A stretch of 64,000 bases of DNA from Bugula neritina (taxonomy: Eukaryota > Animalia > Bryozoa): contig OZ037766.1 in assembly GCA_964035545.1 (NCBI GenBank), positions 8,050,722-8,114,721 of the forward strand. The letters run 5' to 3'. A model generated the notes under the pieces. That model saw nothing but the letters and a program-made list of their open reading frames with translations. It ran no database searches and was not told the origin of the DNA. The translations under genes were made by a program, and so were the position numbers. This document shows, piece by piece, positions 54,414 to 64,000 of this stretch (positions within the stretch are counted from its first letter, which is position 1; every line of letters starts with the position of its first letter).

Positions 54414-55742
54414 GCTCTAGCATTCTGTATTCTTTATAGTACAGCGCATTACATTCTAGTTAAGTATACTAGTGTAGCTTTGTTTTCTTTGGCCTATCCC
54501 GAATTCCTCCAAGGTAATTAGTTTTTCCTGTAAGCAGCAGTGTTGTAATATCCCAATCATGATATTATTTAATTTGTTTTCTATATTTTCAGTTGAGTTC
54601 TATTTCATATATATTAATCTATAATTGAAAAATAATTTCACTTCATTCCATTGTATTTACATTTTATGCATAATATTGGATAACTATCAGGTATTGTGTT
54701 TTGTTTTATCTGTTTTATATTTTACTAAAGAACTCTTCTTTATGCCTATTTATCTGTATTTTAATTTTGTGTTTACCTATCTTATATGTTGTCCCCATAC
54801 CTGTGCAAATTTCGTGTGAGGTTGTATTTTCTTTCTTTTATTAAAATTTAGATAAAGTGAATTAAATATTTCGAGTGTCTTTAAATAAAACTAGCTATTA
54901 CCAAGTTGTTTGTTATGTGTGGACAACATTGTAAAGTAAAGCAGTATAGGACTTTTTATAGAATTGCTTGCAGTGATACAGCTTTACCTTTGTTTTATTA
55001 TTAGTTTATTAAATGTTACAATTATATACTACAGCAAAAATACAAAATTTTTCAGTATGGCATACTAGCTAATAATTATATTAGGTCACAACTGTGCAGC
55101 CTAAAAAAATAAACTTAATAATATTTTAGCATTATCCTCTTTTTTTTTTAAAGAAAAACTAGCCTTACACAAAATTACACTATTGTTACTAAAATGCTGT
55201 TTTAGATATTTAGCTAAGCTTAAAGTTTCCATATGATTAAGCAGTCGTATAAAACTAAAGATACTTGCAGAAATTAAGCTAAGCTGTCCGGTTTCTTTCC
55301 TAGACTCATGGTAAGTTATAGTGGTTTTAAAAGTGTTCTTAAATGCTTGCTAGTTATTTCAGAATATAACTAGAGCTTTGCAAAATGAAATAGAAGAACA
55401 GAATGTTAAGCAGATTTTGCTTTGATTGAAGTCTCAAATTTTTACCATGCAGTTATATTTTCCTTAGAGCCCAGTGGTTTTGGCAACAAATAAACATAAA
55501 TAAAGCAATGCAATAAAATGAGAAACTGTACAATGTCTAGAGTTATCTTTTCATTTTATGTGGGATAAGCATAATAATTTCAATGGTACGCAAAAAGGAT
55601 ACACGTCACAGCGCGCCAGTCTCCAGGGAAACTCATTACTGAAAAATTATAGGTTGATGCTTACTGATCACTGTAAGTGTAGTTGAATAGTTTTTGTGCA
55701 CCAAAACCGAGTTTATACAGGAACTCTGCCTTTAGCTGCAAA

Positions 55743-58700
55743 ATGGCAAGAGAAGCACAATTATCAAGCAACTTTGATCGTTTGATTCAAAAGATTAAAG
55801 AGGTATTTGAATTTAAATGACTCTATTATAGACTATAATTACCTAGCATATGCATTATTTTTAATAAACCATTAAATCATAAATGATAATATATATTTTT
55901 TAAACATCTTTATGATATTATATAATTATATGCAGTTGATACTAATACTAATAGTTAGACTTTCATTTAAATGCTAGCTAAAAGTTATTTAAGTTATACT
56001 ATTATAATCAATTTTAATTTTAGCAATTACAAACTAAATGCAAGACTACTAGTACTTTTCTGTTGCCAGTGTTGGTAATCACAAAAATACTTCTATAACA
56101 TAATGATAATGAAATTCTAGTAGCCATCGAAACAGTTGAAGTTACTATCATTATATTAGCACTAATAATATATTAACTTCATTAATTTGATTAGGGTTGT
56201 CATCACAATAGGTATGTATCATTTTAATTGTCTTGGAAGAATTTTATTATGTTATATAATTCTAGCTATAAGTTAGACAATATTATATCTTATTTTGCAC
56301 ATTTAGTTGTTAGTGTAGTTTATGTGTAGCAACATATCATATAGTTTTTTTAATTTTATTACAGCTTTGCAATAGGTATAATATAAGCAACTGCCTGCCA
56401 ATCTTGCCAAACTATTACCATATTAATATATCACTATATAATATAATAAATATTCATTATTTCTAATAGACTAACTTGATGATGTTGCTTGTAGGAGACC
56501 ACTTCAGTTCGAAGAAAGATTGAAATACTTTTTGATTCCAGGGGGTTCTTCAATGCAGAACAGGTCTATTATAATATTTATAAGCATATAATTTTACCTG
56601 TACATAATTTTGTTTGTGAAAAAGGCAGTTGATGTGGTGTCTTAGTTGTAATATGTTGTAAAAAACTATATATATTTGATTTCCTGGTATGAACTCAGAT
56701 GACCTATATTCTATTTACTGTTGTAGCATGCTAGCAGTTGCAAATGTAGTTATAGCCATCTTAATTGGCTCTACTTTTTTTCTCAACTATCTCCGCTTTG
56801 TCCTGTTCAGGTAGCGGGTGGCTGCCGGAGGCCTAGCTCAATTAGGCTTCCCTACCTAACCCTGTCCTGAGCGTCCTCTTCATTAAGGGAACAAGATTGG
56901 AGGTCTTTTCTGATAGCAACATGCCATCTATGCTTTGGTTGTCCCCGGTTTCTCTTTCCTGCAACCTTCACCTCATGCACTCTTCTGATATCATCCTCTT
57001 TCTCTCTTTTGCATATATGTCCAAACCACTGTAACTTTCTTCTTCTCATTGATTCTAACACATTCATTACTTTCGCTTCTTGCCTTATGCTTTTGTTGGT
57101 CTTGTGCTCTTCAAGAATAATTCCTAGGCAGTAGGATATAGCATTCTCATTTCGCATACGCTCACTCTCTCTGCAAGGTAATCAGTCACTGGCCATGTTT
57201 CCGCCCGTATAATAGCACCGGTCTTATTACTGTTTTGTAAATGAGGACCTTGAGTCTCTTTGGGACTTTCTGATCACACAACGTCCTGGTCAGCTCCCTC
57301 CATTTATCCCAGGCTCTGCCAATGCACACTTGCACCTCTGTCCTGCATCCTCCCTTTTTAATTGACTCTACTTATTATGTTTTAATATCAGTATTTCATA
57401 CAGTTATCTTTTATTTTTGTATAATAAATGTTTTGTATAATAAGTGCTCATCTCTCATAATCCTGTTTTTATATGACTTTTGCTGTTTGTATGTGCAGGC
57501 AGCTCATGTATTGAAACATATAGCAGCTCCATCAGACAAGGTCAAGGCTATCAAGATAATGGAGCCAGTGAGTAGATGATATAAATATTAATATCCATGT
57601 TGTTGAGATAAAATATTTTAGCCAGTTGGAGTCTATAGAAATCAAAATCAGTACACATTTATAAGTTCAAAAACTTGATAATTATATTATAACCAAATAT
57701 AAATACATATTTGTGTGTATATATATTTTGGAACTCAATATCTTATTCTAAGCTATTGAGCAAAAAAATATGCTTAGTTAAGCTGTGCTTACTCCATTAA
57801 GTTGTGTGGCTCCTGCCAGTATGTCTTTATTCATTATGAATTTTCCATAGTTATATACATAGTAATGTGAATTCATATTTAGTAAATGTTTAAGTTTTAA
57901 TTTATTATTTGATAAAAGTTCTACGTTGATCAAATGATAAAGTATGATAAAAGTTCACTTTTCATATCATCATTGAAAAACCTGAGATGTGCTGAGCATC
58001 CACTATGCATTAGAAGACCAAAATCTATGATGTAGCAGGGCAAAATTGTGCTATTTATACATAATGAATGATTGAATTAAACATTAATAATATTCTTCAG
58101 CAATTTTTCTATGATAGTAAATTCCAAGTTTTTTATAATTACTAAAAATAACGTGTTTGCTCATTTATTAACGTAGTATATTTTTAAGGTTTTTAAAAGC
58201 AACTTTCAAAAATGTTGTTGTAGCGCCTGTGCAGAATGACCTGTGCTGATGCCAGAGTAGTAATTGATTCTGTCAGCATCCATAATGACAAGCTTATAGT
58301 TTTGGATTGTATAAAAAGGTATATTATTTAGTCATTTTTATTTTTTCCATTAGACATGATGCATTTTTATTTCTCTTATTAGATAATTCTTATTTATAGA
58401 ACAGGGAATAACAACTCATACAGTGTATTATTTAGTGAACAAAAATTATGTTTTAAGGGTTCGAAGTGTATTTTTTTAGAAACTTTTGTTGATAAGTGGA
58501 TATTAAAAATTCTTAATTCATCCTTGTACTGGCAAATGGATTCACGAAAGTTACATTGTTATTGTAGTACAATTGTACTACCACCTTCTGTTTATTTAAT
58601 ATGTAGAGCTTTAGTTGATTGCAACTCCCAACTTGGCAAAGAATACATTCTCAGCTCATTTCCATATGAGGAAGATAAAGTCAAAGCCTTAAATATTCTG

Positions 58701-59905
58701 GCAACAGTAAGTTTGATGAATACAAGCACCATATTAAAGGTGTTGGTTCAACTGTGTTAAAAGCATGAAATATTGATTGTTCCAATTTGAAGCTTTATAA
58801 ACAGATCTGCTGAATTTTAGGTACGTTATGACGTACACAACGTGATGGCAGCAGGAGGACATCAAGGCTACGCTGCCGTTGGAGGACTCTTCACTCAATC
58901 TCGTCCTCTTGAGAGTCATCTGTTTGGCCCAATACCAGAACAGATGGATAGAGTTGCAGTGAGTATAGCGTAATATTTTGAGACTTAATGTTAGCTCTAG
59001 TATTTCAATTTTAGGTTTGATTTTTAAGCCATAATTTCAATATTGCATGATTTTATGTATTAAAAATCAAGAAACTTAAATGTTCAAGATAGAACAGTTT
59101 AATAAAACTAATTTTCAATATTTTCTAGCAAAATTTTACTCTTTCTGTAAAAATAGAATTATTTTGTCGGCGAAAATTGTTGAACTGCTTTACTTATGGG
59201 TCAATGTTTTAGGGTCATGGTGAGATTATGGTGCCCAAGACAGCACAGCCGGGAGTTGTGCCCTCTATGTACACAGGCCACCCTTCATATGCCTACCCAA
59301 GAGATAAAACATATGCTGAGGTTAGGAACTACCCTGAGACAAGTGGTTATGCTGATGAGTTTGTGACAGAACCAGCCTATCCAGCTGGTGCTCCTCCTCT
59401 TACCATTGCAACCAGTGGTGCTCCCGCACCAACCGGCTGGCCTGGCCTTGAAATGAGGTATCTAGCTGCAGGAGACATTTATTACTAGTTGCTATATATT
59501 TAGTAGAAATTGTAAACTATATAATGTAAATAATTGATTTAGTTCAGAAATGATGTTTTGCAAGGTGTATTGAAGTTTTATGAATACAGGCTTTATTTAC
59601 TAGCAAGTATAATAAATTCAATTGTATCTATAAAATAATACCAAGTTACAATAAAATCGCTGTTTATATATTATTGATCTGGTCTAAACTTTATGACATG
59701 ATTGCAATGACATGATTTAAGGTTATAATACATTTATGATATATGTGTTGTATGTTTAATAATAACTGTATTTGCTGTTCCATCTCACATTTATAGAGAG
59801 CCAAGTTTCCAGAGAGATGTGGCACCAGGAGGTCAATATAACTCAACAATGGGGTCGTATAATAGATCTACTGGACCACTAAAAGTTGACCTATGCCAAT
59901 TTTAA
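55743..59905 (+). CDS. Uncharacterised DUF4476-like (PROSER1 N-terminal-like) protein with Pro/Tyr/Gly-rich tail, ~294 aa
   Basis: Exons 55743-55802, 56495-56563, 57499-57567, 58224-58318, 58607-58706, 58821-58958, 59213-59457, 59797-59905; all GT-AG, continuous frame. N-terminus NFDRLIQKIK..RRKIEIL..RGFFNAEQAAHVL..DKVKAIKIM..MTCADARVVI..NDKLIVL..LVD..ILSSFPYEEDKVKALNIL resembles the remembered PROSER1/DUF4476 helical repeat. Confidence 0.82.
56777..57357 (-). mobile_element. 5'-truncated, frameshifted non-LTR retrotransposon (RTE-like) 3' fragment
   Basis: Minus-strand translation RAWDKWREL..LCDQKVPKRLKVLIYKTVIRPVLLYG/(frameshift)AETW...RRRKLQWFGHICKR...GKRNRGQPKHRW is typical of RTE ORF C-termini. 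Short A tail. 16-bp target duplication ttaattgGctctactt (56761-56776) / ttaattgActctactt (57358-57373). Confidence 0.88.
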
Positions 59906-60989
59906 CTACAGAAACTCATGATTTGCAAAATATTATGTATAATACAATTAGAGTTGAATGATGAAAGCTGAATGTTGAACAAATTTTGAATACCGCTAGT
60001 TTTATAAATGTTGTCAACATTAAAATAAATGATGTTTGAAATACTTATGGGCTGAGACAAATTTTTATACATAGAGCTTCAATTTATTTTTATTACCACT
60101 TCATTGTTATATATTTAAAGTAATTGTGTTTTCACAGTTTTTGAATTTGCTCAATTAAACTTTGCTTTAAATATTGCGTACAGTGCAACTATTTATTCAA
60201 TAGGCTGTATAGATTTTATAGTCTTATGTAATATTGTTATGCATTGTGTTATATTTTGTCATATGGTTTTTTTTCCCTTATATATTAATAAATTCCATGT
60301 AAGCTAATATTTTGTAAGAATAACAATAACTGTTTTGAATTGTTTTTTCTCTGTTCTTATGCAATTGATTTGAATTTTGAACAATAGAAGCAAGCTTCTA
60401 TTGAAAAATAAGTGTGACCTGATTAATAAATTAAAAGTAAAGCTTCAATTTTAAAACAGTAACAATTCTCAACACTAATTTGCTACAGGCATATATGGCT
60501 TAAATTTGTTATTGAAGCAGCTAGCTGCCCGGTGGTTATAAAACAGACCTAGACCACGTATGCAGCAATTTTTATGAGTGGGTTAAAATGATGACCCAGA
60601 TGTTATTGCTTATTTTATAGAGTTATCTTACTAAAATAGAACACCGTAGAACTCAACTCAAGATTATCTTGAAAACTGGTAGTAGCGAGTCAAGTAGCAC
60701 CCGTGCTATCACATATGAAGGCCATAATTATTATTATTATGATTATAAATATAATGTAGGAAGAAATTAGCAAGAGTCCATCACAATGTTCAATGGCTAT
60801 ACAATTAAATTGCAACCAAAACCTTTTAATAGTATTTAAAAATGACTAAAAATTGTAAAGTTGTAATCGTTAGACAAAGTTTTAGTTATCTTATAATTTA
60901 CCTTGCGTCATGTAATCTAAATCACAATTCATCTTTCATGAATAAAATTCAAATTCATATTGAAATTGAATCATGAATGTCAAAATCGA

Positions 60990-61750
60990 TGATTATCATT
61001 ATGATATTCATATTGTCATTGATATTGATATTCATATTGACATTCTGATACAATTACTGAATTAGTATTACTATTACTATTAGTATTACATTATGACTAA
61101 ATTTAATAATTAATAAATTACATAATTTATTTTTAATTAATATTTATATTTTATTATTAATATTATCATTATGGTAATCAATTATGACTATATTATTACT
61201 ATATACATGCTGATACTCATAGTCTAAGTCTCATACTGATAGTTATCTTTAAGTTTATCTTACTCTTAGTCTTAGACTTATGTTTATCATTATGTTACAC
61301 TTAATCATAATTATAATGATAATAATAATTTATAGTTAATAATTATAATGGTTATATAACATCAACTATAAGACTAAATTATACATTAACATGTAGTTAT
61401 ACTTATACTTATTTATGGTTTAAGTTACAGTTATGCTAAACTTAGAGTTACTGTTAGAGTTAGATCAATACTTAGTTTTACAGTTACAGTTAGTGTTGCT
61501 CTTAGTCTTTCTGTTTTAGCAGTTTAAGGTTGAATTTGCCTTTATACTTATTATGATTACTCCATTATCATTATGATTATGTAACAGTTTATTTAATGTA
61601 TATCTGTGAGTGCCATCATTTTCATTGTGATTGTCATATCGTTGATTGTTTCTTTTTTGTACATACATTTATTTACAACAGTCAATACAATGGAATTGCT
61701 TATGTTAGTAGTGCTGCTACTACTACTGCTACTGCTACTACTACTATTAC
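60990..61750. repeat. Period-6 tract (SWSWWW) upstream of the AAGAB start codon, ending in (CTA)n
   Basis: gtcattgatattgatattcatattgacattctgata, ctcatagtctaagtctcata, gagttactgttagagtta, cagttacagttagtgttg. Confidence 0.85.
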
Positions 61751-61897
61751 GGTTTTTAAATAGTTATTGCCTTTAGTTCTATTATCTTACCAATTTTTAG
61801 TTGCCATAAACCATATAAATGAAAAAGCAAAATAATTTTTTAAATGGCATAACGTATTGCTTTTTTATGATGTTTTTTCACCTTAATAAAGGTAAAG

Positions 61898-64000
61898 ATG
61901 GCAGAAGACCAAAATAAGGACATGCAACCATGCTGCCTATTTGCTTCATGTGGTTTTGAAAATGAAGATAAAATTATAAAAGGTAAGAAAAGAAAACTAT
62001 AGAGATTTATTTGTTTATAGGGTAATGGATTTTTTGAGAAAATATATTGATTTATTTTGTGTAAGTTTTATGTTCTTCAGCCGTTACTTGTTCATATCTG
62101 GGGGCAAATACCAGTAACAGTTAGCTAAACTATAACGTATCAAAATTTGCCATTAGATGGTTAAATTATGTATTTTTGGTGAATAGACAAGAAACGAGTT
62201 TTGTTGCAGATTTGATGAATCTGGACACTGTGCCATCCTATGAAAAAGTTGTAGAAGATATAGTTGGATGTAATTGGGATTTCGAAACTAAATATTATAC
62301 GTGCTCAGTTAAGCTTTGCAAAACAAATAAACCAACTTTAGGAAGTCAGGAATTCGCAGAAGCTTTAGAAGCTGTTGTACTCTGTTTTCATCCAGATCAG
62401 GTAGTTATGAGTCTTGTGCATTGCTAGTATTTAAATACTTTGCATTTTTTTAATGTCTGCTATAATTTTGATTAATTTTTACAGGGTGAGTGAATGTTTA
62501 AAATATAATCTTGTTTCTGTGTCTTTTGCCTCTCTTCCTCTTGATTTGGTTTCGTATTTCAGCATACTTTACCCGTGCAGAAAACAGCCTGGTCTGAAAA
62601 TGCCTCTAAGTTAAAACCGATTGTTTTAGATTGAAAGCTGGAATCGAGTGGTATCCTGGTTATCATATTTGGAACATTTGGACCCTTCAGTTAAGCTACT
62701 AGTTTGTAACTCGTGTACAGAGCAAAGCCGTAAGTTAGAGAACCAATGTAACACAAAAGCATGAATCAAACATGATTTTCTCTTATCTTTTATTGAATTT
62801 TGAGTTTTTTACAAGAATATAATTGTTTAATATTTTATATACTATTTTAATGAATAGAGGTGCCAAGACTAGAGATACAGCAATGGTGCATAAAACATGA
62901 ATTTGAGTTGATAGAGCTCCATCCCCTTGTAAATGATGAGGATGAAGGTATGTTAGTAAGTTTTCATCATTGGTGCTATTTAGAAGTTAGATCCCCTAGA
63001 CATTACTTTTCTTTTACTGTATGCTTCTTTCACTCACAGATGATCAGTTTGAAGTTGATGGTATTACTCGGATCAGACAAGTGCTGTTTGCTCATACCTG
63101 GTCAAATCTAGTTATGAAAGGTGAGTAAAATACGTAGCTTTCCCCGACTAATGTAATTGAACTCTGAATTACTTTATTTATTAATTGCTTCAGCCCAACT
63201 TATGTTCTACAAGTGGGATAAAATACAACTATTGATTGTATCTGCTGGCTGTAATTTAGTCATAAAAAGTTGATGTCAGGTAAATCTTGGTAAGCCATTT
63301 TCCTGCAGGTTTAATAAATATTTAGTACGCATTAATGTTGAAATAAGAGTTTGGTTTCTTCTCTCTACCGAAATGTTTTAGAAATAAAAAAAGTTATTAC
63401 TTTATTAAAAGTTGCCGGATTCTTTTCTAGACAAACCTGACACCATTAGTCCATATATGAAGCAACTGATGGATGAAACAAAACAAGAGCAGCTGGAAGC
63501 CTCATCCCAGGGTAGCGGAAGTTTAGACATTCATACTGAGCTAGGTGGGCCTTTTACTTGCTATCAACACAAACTAATATATTTTGTTCATACATCGCTC
63601 AATGGTTTACCGTTTGGTAAAAACAGTTTCATCATTAAATTACTTCTGGCTAATGGTTTTACAATGTGGTTTATTATGCACTATACAACAGGTATGCATG
63701 CTGAAGAGTTGAATAAAGCAATGAATGCAGAAAGTGAAGATGGACTGGAGTCATTCGAAAAGCTATTTTCTAAGTTTCAGCTAATGAAAGGTGAAGCATT
63801 TAGCAACTTACTCCCTTGCCTTAATAAGTAGTTTCATGTTACCATTTATTGGTAAAGTACATTAATAGTCTTTTCTACTGCAGCTAAAGCAGAAAGTTTG
63901 CCTGCAGATGAAAGGAAGAACTATGCTGAAAAAATAGCAATGTCATTCTATGCAGCAATTGGTGGCTCAGATGATGAAATTGATAGTTTAGGTGATAGTG
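61898..64000 (+). CDS. AAGAB: Alpha- and gamma-adaptin-binding protein p34 (stop codon beyond window)
   Basis: Exons 61898-61982, 62210-62400, 62630-62729, 62858-62947, 63040-63120, 63431-63511, 63692-63790, 63884->64000. Motifs WDFETKYYTCSVKLC, QQWCIKHEFELIEL, GITRIRQVLFAHTWSNLVMK, ESFEKLFSKFQLMK, AESLPADERKNYAEKIAMSFYAAIGG match AAGAB. Confidence 0.92.

Noticed and set aside
59458-59465. Possible U12-type donor (gtatct)
   Set aside because: Does not match GTATCCTT and no U12 branch site was seen.
60520-60550. ctagctgcccggtggttataaaa resembling a Helitron/HINE end
   Set aside because: Too short and degenerate to support.

Overview
AT-rich, intron-rich animal (probably invertebrate) genomic DNA. 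I spliced seven protein-coding genes by hand using GT-AG sites and phase continuity: CHERP (-, 5' part only), MNK kinase (+), PGM1 (-), a compact Band 4.1/Coracle-like FERM protein (-), PAPSS (+), an uncharacterised DUF4476/PROSER1-N-like protein (+) and AAGAB (+, runs off the end). Gene identities come from remembered family motifs, not database searches. Mobile DNA: a tRNA-derived SINE, a 1.3 kb TA-flanked MITE with poly-G/poly-C inside its TIRs, a 5'-truncated RTE-type LINE and a possible Helitron 3' end. The most unusual signal is that every gene has a 0.2-1 kb low-complexity tract just downstream of a small CpG-containing promoter patch (six clear, one weak). The hexamers in these tracts differ in sequence but share one strong/weak code, (S-W-S-W-W-W)n. 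I did not see such tracts in other introns.
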